Source: Bacteroidaceae bacterium
GTDB taxonomy: Bacteria; Bacteroidota; Bacteroidia; Bacteroidales; Bacteroidaceae
NCBI GenBank assembly: GCA_017645305.1
Contig: JAGCPD010000002.1
Location: 71,104-135,103, forward strand
DNA length: 64,000 nt
Direction of reading: 5' to 3'
The position numbers and the translations under genes are program-made. Positions 7,994-18,159 of the stretch are shown one piece after another. The number at the start of each line of letters is the position of its first letter. Positions within the stretch are counted from its first letter, which is position 1. The notes below the pieces were generated by a model, which was not told the origin of the DNA, did no database searches, and saw only the letters and a program-made list of their open reading frames with translations.

Positions 7994-9739
7994 TTATGAA
8001 TTAAGTAAGTTCTCAACTTGCGAAATATAGTCGTAATATTGTTCGCTCTTGAATTGTGAGTAGTTCATCTGCTTACAAAGATTTATCATCTTCTTGAAGT
8101 AGTCGGTAACATCAAGGAACGTATCGAACTTGAAGTCTTCCTTCTCGCAGATTTTGGTAACCAGATTCAAAATCTCCTCCTGACGCTCCAGAGGCGTTAC
8201 GGCATCTACCTCATCGAACGCATCCTGCTGCAGGATAACATAGTCGATGACCTCGGACTTCCAGAACGTTACGTGATAGTCAACGGGTACACCGTCGTCA
8301 CCAAGGATGTTAATCTGCTCGGCAATCTCCTTACCGCGCTGCATACGGGTTTTCAGATTCTGCACCTTGGGAATCCACTCCTCGTTGATATGCTCCTTGA
8401 TATACTCGGCGAACTCGGGGTACTCCAAATACTTGGAATAGGAATCGATGGGGTTCACAGCGGGATAGCGCTTCTTATCGGCGCGGTCCTGCTCCAAGGC
8501 ATAGAAGCAGCGGGCGACCTTCTTGGTATTCTCCGTCACAGGTTCCTTTAGGTTACCACCGGCAGGTGAGACGGTACCCAAGAAGGTAACAGAACCGACT
8601 TCACCATTATTGAGATAAACATATCCGGCACGGCCGTAGAAGTTGCTGATAAGGGCACCTAAGTCCATGGGGAAGGCATCGGGACCAGGCAACTCCTCCA
8701 TACGGTTCGACATCTCACGCAAAGCCTGCGCCCAACGGGAAGTAGAGTCGGCCATCAGAAGCACGCGCAAACCCATGGAGCGGTAATACTCGGCCATCGT
8801 CATAGCAGTATAAACAGAAGCCTCACGGGCAGCAACGGGCATATTGGAGGTGTTGGCAATAATGATTGTACGCTCCATCAGCTTACGACCTGTATGGGGA
8901 TCGACCAACTCGGGGAATTCCGTAAAGATTTCCACTACCTCGTTGGCACGCTCACCGCAGGCTGCAATGATAACGATGTCTGCTTCGGCCTGCTTGGAGA
9001 TAGCGTGCTGCAGCACCGTCTTACCCGTACCGAAGGGACCGGGAATGAAACCCGTACCACCCTCGACAATGGGGTTAAAAGTATCGATGGTGCGGACGCC
9101 CGTCTCTAAAAGTTTGAATGGACGGGGCTTCTCCTTGTAGTTTGTCATGGCAAACTTAACCGGCCAGTGCTGCACCATATCAACGTTGATGTCATTACCC
9201 TGCTCGTCGGTAAGGGTAGCAATGGTATCATGAATCTTGTACTTGCCTGCAGGAGCAATGTACTTTACGGTAGCAACGCCCTTCATTTGGAAGGGAGCCA
9301 TAATCTTCAGCGGCTGATGGTTTTCCTCAACGCCGCCCAGCCAGTCGCTTTCTTCAACCTTGTCACCCACCTTTACGATAGGTTCAAAGTCCCATTCGCG
9401 GTCGGCATCCAAAGGCTCGGTATATTGACCACGCTTCAGGAATACGCCTTCCATCTTGTCGAGGTCATTCTGCAAACCGTCAAAGTTCTTACTTAACATA
9501 CCTGGACCCAGCTGTATCTCCAGCATGTGACCGGTGAACTCAGCCTCGGCACCTACCTTCAAGCCACGAGTTGACTCGAACACCTGAACGTACACATCCT
9601 GACCAACCACCTTGATGACCTCGGCCATCAGGCGGTCACCACCAGTTGTAATGTAGCAGATCTCACCCTGGAGTACAGGTCCGTCAACACGGAGCGTAAC
9701 CATATTGGCAACAACGCCACTAACAGTTCCTTTTGTCAT
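7994..9739 (-). CDS. ntpA: V-type ATP synthase catalytic subunit A
   Basis: 581 aa with Walker A GPFGTGKTV and the conserved ..SRWAQALREMS.. segment. It lies 5 nt upstream of ntpB. Confidence 0.95.
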   Translation of the reverse strand: MTKGTVSGVVANMVTLRVDGPVLQGEICYITTGGDRLMAEVIKVVGQDVYVQVFESTRGLKVGAEAEFTGHMLEIQLGPGMLSKNFDGLQNDLDKMEGVFLKRGQYTEPLDADREWDFEPIVKVGDKVEESDWLGGVEENHQPLKIMAPFQMKGVATVKYIAPAGKYKIHDTIATLTDEQGNDINVDMVQHWPVKFAMTNYKEKPRPFKLLETGVRTIDTFNPIVEGGTGFIPGPFGTGKTVLQHAISKQAEADIVIIAACGERANEVVEIFTEFPELVDPHTGRKLMERTIIIANTSNMPVAAREASVYTAMTMAEYYRSMGLRVLLMADSTSRWAQALREMSNRMEELPGPDAFPMDLGALISNFYGRAGYVYLNNGEVGSVTFLGTVSPAGGNLKEPVTENTKKVARCFYALEQDRADKKRYPAVNPIDSYSKYLEYPEFAEYIKEHINEEWIPKVQNLKTRMQRGKEIAEQINILGDDGVPVDYHVTFWKSEVIDYVILQQDAFDEVDAVTPLERQEEILNLVTKICEKEDFKFDTFLDVTDYFKKMINLCKQMNYSQFKSEQYYDYISQVENLLNS

Positions 9740-9757
9740 GTTATATTCGTTTTATTA

Positions 9758-10606
9758 TTATTTCTGAATGAATTCTTCCGGCACTTTGGCCTCACCACGC
9801 AAATTCTCGATAATCTGCTTGAAAGTCTCCTTACCCTGTTCGGGGTCGAGTTTCGCCCAGCGATACTGCATTTCCAACTTGCAGATGTAAGCATAGACTG
9901 CCTCCAGGCTGAAGGGATTGAAGAAAGTCTTCTCATCCAGCCACAGCCACTTGAAGGCATCAATCATCTTCTCTTTCTTTACCGGGTCTTCCTCATCGAC
10001 AATCTTTATCAGACTTTTCACGTAATCAAACTCGTTGGTAAGATTAAAGTCCTTTGTCTTATTCTCGCGAATCATCTCCTGCACCTCGCCATCGCCTTTA
10101 ATGAACTCTGCAACACTCCAACCCTGTTTGCGTGCCAGCATGGCAGTCAGAATGTTGGTGATGTCCAGGTTCAGCCTGTTCCACTCGCGTATGAATTTAT
10201 TGGGACAAGTCTGAATGGCATAGTTATAGAACTGGTACAGAATCTCATCCTCCGGGAAGTAGCCTTTGGTATCCTTGTTATAGCTGTACTCACGGGCAAA
10301 GATGCTCATGAACGCGGGATAGCGGTGTACGTTGAAGTTCAGTTCCGTGGCACTTGTGATGAGGTCGCGCAACTGCTCCAGCGAGAAATTTCCCCATGCG
10401 TCAATCTCTGCATCGGGGTTCTTGAGCAGACGTACCAGATTTATGCAGTCCTGACGCAGATAGAGGTAGTTGCCCACCAGTTTGGCATCGCTTGCAGAAA
10501 GTTGTTCCTCGCACTGCTCACGCAGTTCCTTGAAGGAAATGCCCGGCTGCGTATCTGCCAACTCGATGTCCGGCAGGCCTGCCATCATGCAATAGTAATT
10601 ACCCAT
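9758..10606 (-). CDS. DUF2764-type protein (V-ATPase subunit C-like position in Bacteroidota operons)
   Basis: 282-aa ORF between subunits E and A. The call rests on position and recollection of the family, not on a motif. Confidence 0.6.
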   Translation of the reverse strand: MGNYYCMMAGLPDIELADTQPGISFKELREQCEEQLSASDAKLVGNYLYLRQDCINLVRLLKNPDAEIDAWGNFSLEQLRDLITSATELNFNVHRYPAFMSIFAREYSYNKDTKGYFPEDEILYQFYNYAIQTCPNKFIREWNRLNLDITNILTAMLARKQGWSVAEFIKGDGEVQEMIRENKTKDFNLTNEFDYVKSLIKIVDEEDPVKKEKMIDAFKWLWLDEKTFFNPFSLEAVYAYICKLEMQYRWAKLDPEQGKETFKQIIENLRGEAKVPEEFIQK

Positions 10607-10651
10607 TTCTTCAATTCATAGTTTTTAATTCATCATTCATAATTTTTTCTT

Positions 10652-10744
10652 GGTTAGCGGAATTTAACGATAACGAAAACGAAAACCAAGACTATTTTCT
10701 TTGTTAATTGTTAATTATGAATTGTGAATTGTAAATTGTGAATT
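10652..10744. repeat. Mosaic short-repeat array (GGTTAGC, AACGAT/AACGAA hexamers, TTGTTAA/TTGTGAA heptamers)
   Basis: Read directly in the ntpE to DUF2764 intergenic gap: ggttagcggaatttaacgataacgaaaacgaaaacc...ttgttaattgttaattatgaattgtgaattgtaaattgtgaatt. Confidence 0.9.
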
Positions 10745-11330
10745 AGAAAAGCATTTCTACAAGTTGAGGACGCAGGAAGTTCTTAAAATAAGCCTCGAAC
10801 TCATCCTTGCCGAAATTCACCTTATAGCTACCGTCTGCGGGAGAAACAGAAAGCATGGTATCCTTCCCGTTTACTTTGTTGATGGTAACCCCTTTATCGA
10901 GGAGTTCCTTAGCATGGGCGGCGAAATATGCCTTCAGACTTTCAGCCTCGTTTGAAGACAGCACCACAGCCTCATTGCCGGCCCACTTACTCGCCAGCAT
11001 CACGGCAAACTGTCCCAGGAAGTTCTTGTCAGCAGCCAAACCAGCTGCAGCATCCTTGGCCACTCTGTCAGTAAGTACATTGGCAATCTCGCTCTTCAGC
11101 GCATTCAATGCCTGACTTGTATAAAGCTTCAGCTCGCTTTTTGTGTTTGTATCCAATTCGGATGCCTTCTTCTGAGCCTGAGCCTCAATAGCCTTAGCCT
11201 GCTCCCTTGCTTCTGCAATAATCTGCTCGGCCGTATGCTTTGCCTCCTCGACAATACGATCTGCTTCGGCCTGACCTTTTTCTACGCCTTCGCGATAGAT
11301 TTTCTCAGTAAGTTCTTGTATTTTTTCCAT
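10743..11330 (-). CDS. ntpE: V-type ATP synthase subunit E-like (peripheral stalk)
   Basis: 195 aa. The N-terminal half is an A/E/K-rich coiled coil (..AEADRIVEEAKHTAEQIIAEAREQAKAIEAQAQKKA..). It is the first gene of the V-ATPase cluster. Confidence 0.75.
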   Translation of the reverse strand: MEKIQELTEKIYREGVEKGQAEADRIVEEAKHTAEQIIAEAREQAKAIEAQAQKKASELDTNTKSELKLYTSQALNALKSEIANVLTDRVAKDAAAGLAADKNFLGQFAVMLASKWAGNEAVVLSSNEAESLKAYFAAHAKELLDKGVTINKVNGKDTMLSVSPADGSYKVNFGKDEFEAYFKNFLRPQLVEMLF

Positions 11331-11484
11331 TCTGTCTTATATGTTGTTTTTTTTCTTTTCAAGATTCATATAAGCCCCTATATTTATATATAAGTGACCT
11401 ATTTCGCCGCGAAGATATAAAAAAATACAATAGAAAAGTAAAAAAGCCGTCACTTTTTTCTTTATCATGCACAGAGGCACACCA

Positions 11485-13413
11485 TTAGGCACGAATAGAG
11501 AGCTTGCGCGACAGCGTTTCCCCACTACGGAATGATGCACGGACAACATACAAGCCCGGTGACAACAAGGGCAAACGTATTGACTTGTAATGTCCCCTAA
11601 GAGACATAAGGGATCGACCGTTCAAATCAAGAATCTGCACACTACAAAACTCCTCGGATGCCTGCAGTTGATAGTCACCTTCGCTCCCCACCAGCTGTAA
11701 TACATCCGGCTCCTGTCCGGGTATCTGACGTAATGACGTTTCCTGTTCATTGGCATGGAAATGCAAGGGCATCCACGTAAACGGACCATCTGGTTTAGCA
11801 TCGGCAATACGCTCCTCAACATGAGTAGTGCCGTCTCCGTTAGTGACCTGAATATTAAAAGTCATGGCCTTGCCAAGCGGTGCCTTTTCCCTGCCAAGTT
11901 CCGACCAAGGAACAGCCATCTCGAATGTATAATACCTGGAATTTGCATTAAAAGCCAAGTGAGAGGCCGAAGGCTCCTGCCGTTCCCACGAGGTACCTGT
12001 ACCTTTGAACAAAGCAAGGGTGGCATTGGGTGAGACATCATAGCGGTACGATGTATTCTGAGGTGTTGTATAGGGAGCAGACTCCGTTTCTATGCCAATG
12101 CTGACGACATCGGCATGTTCACCGTCAGCAACCAACAAATTATCGTAAACACGGCAGATAACATAAAGCGAATCATCATCGTAGGCTAAATCGGCATATG
12201 TATAGGTCTCTGTCTCACTGCCCAGCAGAATCTGTTCGGCTTTTGAAGAAAAATATCCTTCATAAACGGAACGTACACCATTAACAGCAGGATGTCCGTA
12301 GGGCACCTCAAACTGATGCCGGGGATAGCCCTTTACCATCTGTACACCGCCTCCATAACCGGAAACAGCCACTACCACGCCAGTATCTATCACTGCCAAA
12401 GAGTTCCAAAGCGCACTCTGATCCTGCGGGACGGGGAAGGGGCTGCTCATAGCCTTGAAGTTACGTGCCGACTTATTGCCCACATAGACATACATATCCG
12501 GCTTTCCGGAATGATTGTAAGGTGACTGATGAGACAGAACCGTCTCACCATTAGGCAATACACGCAGATAAGGTGCACCACCAGTAGCCACGGGACAATA
12601 ATTATAGTCGATTGCCTTGGTTCGGAGTGAACTCGAAGCAGGAACGAAACTCTTCCAGTTGCGCGTAAGAGAATTACGCACAATGGTAGGTACAAAATCA
12701 TTATAGCCCCAACCATTATCCTCTATAGCCACCGCTATGGTTGTACTGTCCTGCAGCAAAACAGGCACAGGCATTCCATCGCGAAAACCGGCACGATAAG
12801 AGACACAAGCAGGTGTGGACCAGGTAAGACCTTTATCGAACGAACGGCAAACAGAAATCTGCTGGTCCGCATTGGTGTCATACGGACTCTCATCAGCAAA
12901 ATACAGCTGCAGTTCACCAGAAGGAAGCTCCAGCAAACATGGTTCCCAACAACCCACCTCGGGTGTAGAACCGGCATCGTAAACGACAATTTCCTGCCCC
13001 CAAGTCCGGCCGTTATCCGTACTGCGCTTCAAGCGGATACTGAAACGCCTGTCATCGGTATAAGGAGTAGAAGGACGGGGATTATAGGCAACAATAATGG
13101 TACCGTCATGCAACTGAATCATATCCGGCACACAATTGGGGACATTGTTTGTATTGGTAACAATGGTAGTAGGTTCCCTCCATGTCTGCCCCTTGTTAGA
13201 ACTGAAGGATATACGTATACCACCCCATTCACAACAGGCAATCAGCCGGCCATCCTGCAATTCCATAACACGGGCATATCCACCACCGCCAAACACCTTG
13301 ACCGGGGTACGGGAGTCCCAAAATATACGGGAACCCGTATAAGGCTGTGTCTTAGCGGCAAAGGTGTACAGCACATTCAACAGAAAAACGGAAAGCAGAA
13401 GGAACGGCCTCAT
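11485..13413 (-). CDS. Secreted BNR-repeat (sialidase-fold) protein with a T9SS C-terminal sorting domain
   Basis: Signal peptide MRPFLLLSVFLLNVLYTFA. BNR motifs are SNKGQTW, STDNGRTW and SFDKGLTW. The C-terminal ~80 aa (..VQILDLNGRSLMSL..LSPGLYVVRASF..) look like a T9SS CTD. Confidence 0.7.
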   Translation of the reverse strand: MRPFLLLSVFLLNVLYTFAAKTQPYTGSRIFWDSRTPVKVFGGGGYARVMELQDGRLIACCEWGGIRISFSSNKGQTWREPTTIVTNTNNVPNCVPDMIQLHDGTIIVAYNPRPSTPYTDDRRFSIRLKRSTDNGRTWGQEIVVYDAGSTPEVGCWEPCLLELPSGELQLYFADESPYDTNADQQISVCRSFDKGLTWSTPACVSYRAGFRDGMPVPVLLQDSTTIAVAIEDNGWGYNDFVPTIVRNSLTRNWKSFVPASSSLRTKAIDYNYCPVATGGAPYLRVLPNGETVLSHQSPYNHSGKPDMYVYVGNKSARNFKAMSSPFPVPQDQSALWNSLAVIDTGVVVAVSGYGGGVQMVKGYPRHQFEVPYGHPAVNGVRSVYEGYFSSKAEQILLGSETETYTYADLAYDDDSLYVICRVYDNLLVADGEHADVVSIGIETESAPYTTPQNTSYRYDVSPNATLALFKGTGTSWERQEPSASHLAFNANSRYYTFEMAVPWSELGREKAPLGKAMTFNIQVTNGDGTTHVEERIADAKPDGPFTWMPLHFHANEQETSLRQIPGQEPDVLQLVGSEGDYQLQASEEFCSVQILDLNGRSLMSLRGHYKSIRLPLLSPGLYVVRASFRSGETLSRKLSIRA

Positions 13414-15503
13414 CTTTTTATTTTTGCATTGTATTTGTCAAGACCCTTCTGCAGGAAATCAAGATAAGCATTTATATCCTCGTTGTAAGAATAGGATTTG
13501 TTAAGAGGGTATCCTTCGTTATCGAGCAGCACATAGAACGGCTGAGCATTGGCACCGAACTTGCTGCGCTGCAGGTAGCTCCAGCGATCTCCTACGGTGC
13601 GAAGCTTATGCTCCCCGTCATTCTCCCTTACAACTATTGTTTCCGGAAGCGGTGTCTTCTCATCTACATACAAAGTAATAAGCACATACTTGTCATTCAT
13701 AACTTCTGCTACGCGAGGGTCTGTCCAGACGGCCGCCTCCATTTTACGGCAGTTCACACACCCATAACCGGTAAAATCTATCATTACAGGCATATTGTGA
13801 GCTTTGGCATAGGCCATGCCCTGGTCATAATCTGTAAAGCGAGCCTTCACCTCGTTCTCATACAGGTTGAAGTCCTGTGTCTGCATGGGAGGAGCAAAAG
13901 CACTGACGGCCTTGCAGGGAGCACCCCATAAACCAGGAACCATGTAAAGTGCAAGGGCAAAGGAAAGCAAACCGCCAAAGAAACGGAAGATGCCGGTACG
14001 ATGGTTCACAACAACCTCACCCATTTCGTCATATTCATCTTCGTCGTGAGGGAAACGAATCCAACCTATCAGATAAGCACCCAGCAGGGCAAACAGGACA
14101 ATCCAGAGACAAAGGAAAACCTCGCGGTCGAGCAAATGCCAGCCATAAGCCAGGTCAGCCACACTGAGAAACTTCAAGGCAAAAGCCAACTCCAAGAATC
14201 CCAGGCTAACCTTCACACAATTCATCCAGTTTCCACTCTTTGGAGCACTCTTGAGCCATGCGGGAAACATGGCAAAAAGGGTGAACGGAAGTGCCAGGGC
14301 AATGGCAAATCCCAACATACCAATGCTGGGAGCCAGCAAATTGCCAGAGATTCCCAACTCCACCAACAGAAAACCAATGATGGGACCTGTACAAGAGAAG
14401 CTAACCAAACTTAGGGTAAACGCCATCAGGAATATGCTCAAAAGGCCTGTCGTGGTCTCGGATTTCTTATCGACGGCATTCGTAAACCTGCTGGGCAGGG
14501 TAATCTCGAACCCACCCAGAAAACTGGCGCCAAACACCAGCAACATCAGGAAGAAGAAGATGTTGAAAATGGCATTGGTACTAAGTGCATTCAAGGCACT
14601 GGCACCAAAGCACAAGGTTACCAGCAAACCCAAAGTAACATATATTACAACAATACAGATTCCATAAGTAAAGGCCTCACGGATGCCCCTGCCACGATCT
14701 TTGTTACGTTTCAGGAAGAAACTGACCGTCATAGGGATAATGGGCCATACACAGGGAGTCAGCAAGGCAAGCAGTCCTCCTAACATGCCCAGCAGGAAAA
14801 TACCAATAAGACTGTTGTTTTGGGCATCCACACCATCCTCCAAAGCCTTAAGTTCCCCTATTACCGGCATCCAGAGAGAACTGTCAACAGCCCCCTCCAA
14901 ACCTCCCCCAAGGGGGGAACTTACTAAGCTGGGGCTTTCTTCACTCCCCGAAATGGAATCTAAAGGGGCTTGGGGTTCAGAAGGGGGTATCTCGTTCTTG
15001 GAAAGTTTTTCCTGTTCCATACTCTCCCCCCCAGAGGGGAGTTGGTGGGGGGCTTTCCCCTCGAACTTAAACTCCACATTTGTCGGCGGCATACAATTCT
15101 GATCGTTGCAAGCACCAAATGTAAGGTATCCTGCCACCTCGTATGCAGGTTCCGTTATGGAAAATTTCTGGGAGAACTTGGCCGTCCCTTCCATGTAACT
15201 TACTTCCATCTCAAACAAATCATCGACAGCCCGATGAAGGACACCTGTAGCAAGGAGCTTTCCGTCAGGCTTCAGACCGACCATTTTTTCAAGCGTCAAT
15301 TCGGCACGTGTGGGACCGCCATCGGGAATATCCGTACCATATACATGCCAACCGGCTTCTGCCTTTCCGACAAACTCTAATTCCAACGTATTATCCGATA
15401 TTCTCTTCTGCTGAACAGTAAACTTTACGGGTGACTGTAACTGAGCCACGGAAGACAGGACACAGAACAGAACAGCTACCAAACCTGCAACGCATTTTTT
15501 CAT
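13410..15503 (-). CDS. dsbD: DsbD-like thiol:disulfide interchange protein
   Basis: The ORF-track frame is 13410-15551. I start at MKKCVAGLVAVLF (ATG at 15503). The TM core carries TPCVWP and the C-terminal thioredoxin-like domain carries GYGCVNCRKME. The stop overlaps the start of the downstream gene by 4 nt. Confidence 0.85.
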   Translation of the reverse strand: MKKCVAGLVAVLFCVLSSVAQLQSPVKFTVQQKRISDNTLELEFVGKAEAGWHVYGTDIPDGGPTRAELTLEKMVGLKPDGKLLATGVLHRAVDDLFEMEVSYMEGTAKFSQKFSITEPAYEVAGYLTFGACNDQNCMPPTNVEFKFEGKAPHQLPSGGESMEQEKLSKNEIPPSEPQAPLDSISGSEESPSLVSSPLGGGLEGAVDSSLWMPVIGELKALEDGVDAQNNSLIGIFLLGMLGGLLALLTPCVWPIIPMTVSFFLKRNKDRGRGIREAFTYGICIVVIYVTLGLLVTLCFGASALNALSTNAIFNIFFFLMLLVFGASFLGGFEITLPSRFTNAVDKKSETTTGLLSIFLMAFTLSLVSFSCTGPIIGFLLVELGISGNLLAPSIGMLGFAIALALPFTLFAMFPAWLKSAPKSGNWMNCVKVSLGFLELAFALKFLSVADLAYGWHLLDREVFLCLWIVLFALLGAYLIGWIRFPHDEDEYDEMGEVVVNHRTGIFRFFGGLLSFALALYMVPGLWGAPCKAVSAFAPPMQTQDFNLYENEVKARFTDYDQGMAYAKAHNMPVMIDFTGYGCVNCRKMEAAVWTDPRVAEVMNDKYVLITLYVDEKTPLPETIVVRENDGEHKLRTVGDRWSYLQRSKFGANAQPFYVLLDNEGYPLNKSYSYNEDINAYLDFLQKGLDKYNAKIKR

Positions 15504-15857
15504 ACTCAAAAATTTTGCATGCAAAGATACGGATAAGCGAGAGAAGAACAAAATAAATCCGTTAATTTTTCATCCGAGCGAGAGTATTTTAGAGACAACT
15601 GTCTCAAAGGTATAATTTTTTCTTTGAGCAGAGAAACACTTCCCTTTTTTAAAATACATTTTATAATTATATAAGGTGAGGCAAAGAATGTGGAGAAAAC
15701 TTAAGCGAAGTCATCGAAATTGCACAAAATATAAGAAAATGTGCATTTTTAGGCAAGTTTTCATTTGATTTTGTTGCACATGTGAGTAAAATGTATTTAC
15801 TTTGCATCCCGAAAAGCGTAAAATAACATTATTTAATTATATTAAAATTCTAAAATT

Positions 15858-16091
15858 ATGTCTGAAATTGAAGCTAAAGTAAAAGAGATTATTGTGGACA
15901 AGTTGGGTGTTGACGAGGCTGATGTTACTCCCGAAGCATCATTCACCAATGACCTGGGTGCAGATTCTCTGGACACCGTGGAACTGATTATGGAGTTCGA
16001 GAAGGCTTTTGAAATCACCATTCCCGATGACAAGGCAGAGAAGATTGCTACCGTAGCTGATGCCATCGCATTTATTGAGGCTAACAAGTAA
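15858..16091 (+). CDS. acpP: Acyl carrier protein
   Basis: 77 aa with the phosphopantetheine site motif [11 protein letters not shown]. Confidence 0.95.
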   Translation: MSEIEAKVKEIIVDKLGVDEADVTPEASFTNDLGADSLDTVELIMEFEKAFEITIPDDKAEKIATVADAIAFIEANK

Positions 16092-16109
16092 TTCTCATAA
16101 AAACATTAC

Positions 16110-17375
16110 ATGGAATTAAAAAGAGTTGTAGTGACAGGAATCGGTGCTGTCAGTCCATTAGGGAACACTGCCGAGGAAACGTGGCAGAACATGGTGGCTG
16201 GTGTAAGCGGTGCAGCTCCTATCACACATTTCGATATTTCTAAATTTAAAACACAGTTTGCCTGCGAGGTAAAGAACTTCGATTCTTCCCTGTTCATCGA
16301 CCGCAAAGAGGCTCGAAAGATGGACTCCTATTGTCTGTTCGGTCTGTCTGCCGCCACCATGGCAGTAAATGACAGCGGACTTGACATGGAGAGCGTAAAC
16401 AAGAACCGTATCGGTGTTGTTTTGGGTGTAGGAATCGGGGGAATGAAGACCTTTGAAGAAGAAGCAGGGAACTATGCCAAGACTGGTGACACACTGGGGC
16501 CCAAGTTCAATCCGTTCTTCGTTCCTAAGATGATTTCCGACATCTGTGCCGGCTTCATCAGCATAAAGTACGGATTCCACGGTCCCAATTACATCACCTC
16601 CAGTGCATGTGCCTCATCGACCAATGCACTTGCCGATGCATTCAATCTGATTCGTTTGGGAAAGGCGGATGTTATGGTAAGCGGCGGTGCAGAAGCAGCC
16701 ATTATCCCCAGTGGTGTAGGCGGTTTCAATGCCATGCATGCCCTGAGTACCCGTAACGATGATCCGGAACATGCCAGCCGGCCCTTCAGCGCCAGCCGTG
16801 ACGGATTCGTTATGGGAGAAGGTGCTGCATGTCTGATTCTGGAAGAATTGGAACATGCAAAGGCACGTGGGGCAAAAATATATGCTGAGATGGCTGGTGC
16901 CGGCATGAGTGCCGATGCCTATCATATCACAGCATCCCACCCCGAAGGTCTGGGTGCAAAACTAGTAATGGAGAATGCATTGGAAGATGCTGGGCTGAAA
17001 CCTGAGGACATAGACTACATCAATGTTCATGGTACATCAACTCATGTAGGCGACATTTCTGAAGCAAAAGCCATTCAAGCTGTTTTCGGAGAATATGCCT
17101 ACAAGCTGAACATCAGCAGCACCAAGTCTATGACAGGTCACTTGTTAGGTGCCGCAGGTGCCATAGAAGCATTGGCCAGCGTTTTGGCTGTAAAGAACGA
17201 TATCGTACCTCCCACCATTAATCATGAAGAAGGCGACGAGGATCCCGAAATCGATTACAAACTGAACTTTACGTTCAACAAAGCCGAACACCGCATTGTA
17301 CGTGCAGCCCTAAGCAATACTTTTGGATTCGGTGGCCATAATGCCTGTGCTATCTTTAAGAAATACGCTGAATAA
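16110..17375 (+). CDS. fabF: Beta-ketoacyl-ACP synthase II
   Basis: 421 aa with active-site context SSACASS, plus HGTST and the C-terminal GFGGHNA. Confidence 0.95.
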   Translation: MELKRVVVTGIGAVSPLGNTAEETWQNMVAGVSGAAPITHFDISKFKTQFACEVKNFDSSLFIDRKEARKMDSYCLFGLSAATMAVNDSGLDMESVNKNRIGVVLGVGIGGMKTFEEEAGNYAKTGDTLGPKFNPFFVPKMISDICAGFISIKYGFHGPNYITSSACASSTNALADAFNLIRLGKADVMVSGGAEAAIIPSGVGGFNAMHALSTRNDDPEHASRPFSASRDGFVMGEGAACLILEELEHAKARGAKIYAEMAGAGMSADAYHITASHPEGLGAKLVMENALEDAGLKPEDIDYINVHGTSTHVGDISEAKAIQAVFGEYAYKLNISSTKSMTGHLLGAAGAIEALASVLAVKNDIVPPTINHEEGDEDPEIDYKLNFTFNKAEHRIVRAALSNTFGFGGHNACAIFKKYAE

Positions 17376-18159
17376 AACAGTGTATAGAGCAAACCTTATA
17401 GATGCGATAAAGTTACCTTTCCGCAAGGAAAAAGGGCTTTATCGCTCTTTTTATTACATTTTGGGATTCTATCCCCACAACATTAAATATTACCAGGAAG
17501 CACTCATGCATAGCTCCATGTTGGCAAAAAGCAATGTCGGAAAGCCTATGAACAATGAAAGGCTGGAATTTCTTGGCGATGCCATCCTGAATGCCGTTGT
17601 TGGGGAAATTGTATTTCACCATTTCCAACGTAAACGCGAGGGATTCCTTACAACAGCAAGAAGCAAAATTGTAAAGAGAGAAACACTGGGACAGGTTGCC
17701 GTAGAGATTGGACTGGACAAACTTATTCATGCCAACAACTTTACCCATGCCCATAACAGCTATATGGCAGGCAATGCATTCGAAGCCTTGGTAGGTGCCA
17801 TATACCTGGATCGCGGCTACAATTATTGTGTGCAGTTTATCCAAGACAAAATATTAGGCAAGATTATCAACATTGACAAAATCGCCTATAAAGAGTGCAA
17901 CTTCAAAAGCAAGCTTCTGGAATGGTGCCAGAAGAACAAGGTGGAGATGAGCTTTGAACAAGAAGAAAGCCGAGGGGAAGACGGCTCGCCTATGTTCCAC
18001 AGCAAAGTGCTGATACAAGGCATGGAACTGGGAAAGGGCAGAGGCTATTCCAAAAAGGAAAGCCAGCAGAATGCCTGTAAAAATGCGTTGCACAGACTAA
18101 AGAAAGGAAACAAAGTGTACGAAACACTCATACAAAACAATGCCATCAAACAGGAATGA
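17323..18159 (+). CDS. rnc: Ribonuclease III (start uncertain)
   Basis: RNase III signature ERLEFLGDAIL plus a C-terminal dsRBD. The ORF-track ATG at 17323 overlaps fabF by 53 nt. An in-frame GTG at 17380, just after the fabF stop, is an alternative start. Confidence 0.85.
   Translation: MDSVAIMPVLSLRNTLNKTVYRANLIDAIKLPFRKEKGLYRSFYYILGFYPHNIKYYQEALMHSSMLAKSNVGKPMNNERLEFLGDAILNAVVGEIVFHHFQRKREGFLTTARSKIVKRETLGQVAVEIGLDKLIHANNFTHAHNSYMAGNAFEALVGAIYLDRGYNYCVQFIQDKILGKIINIDKIAYKECNFKSKLLEWCQKNKVEMSFEQEESRGEDGSPMFHSKVLIQGMELGKGRGYSKKESQQNACKNALHRLKKGNKVYETLIQNNAIKQE

Noticed and set aside
17323-17379. 53-nt fabF/rnc overlap as a programmed feature.
   Set aside because: It is more likely a start-codon choice issue, because a GTG at 17380 gives a non-overlapping rnc. 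This cannot be resolved without alignment.
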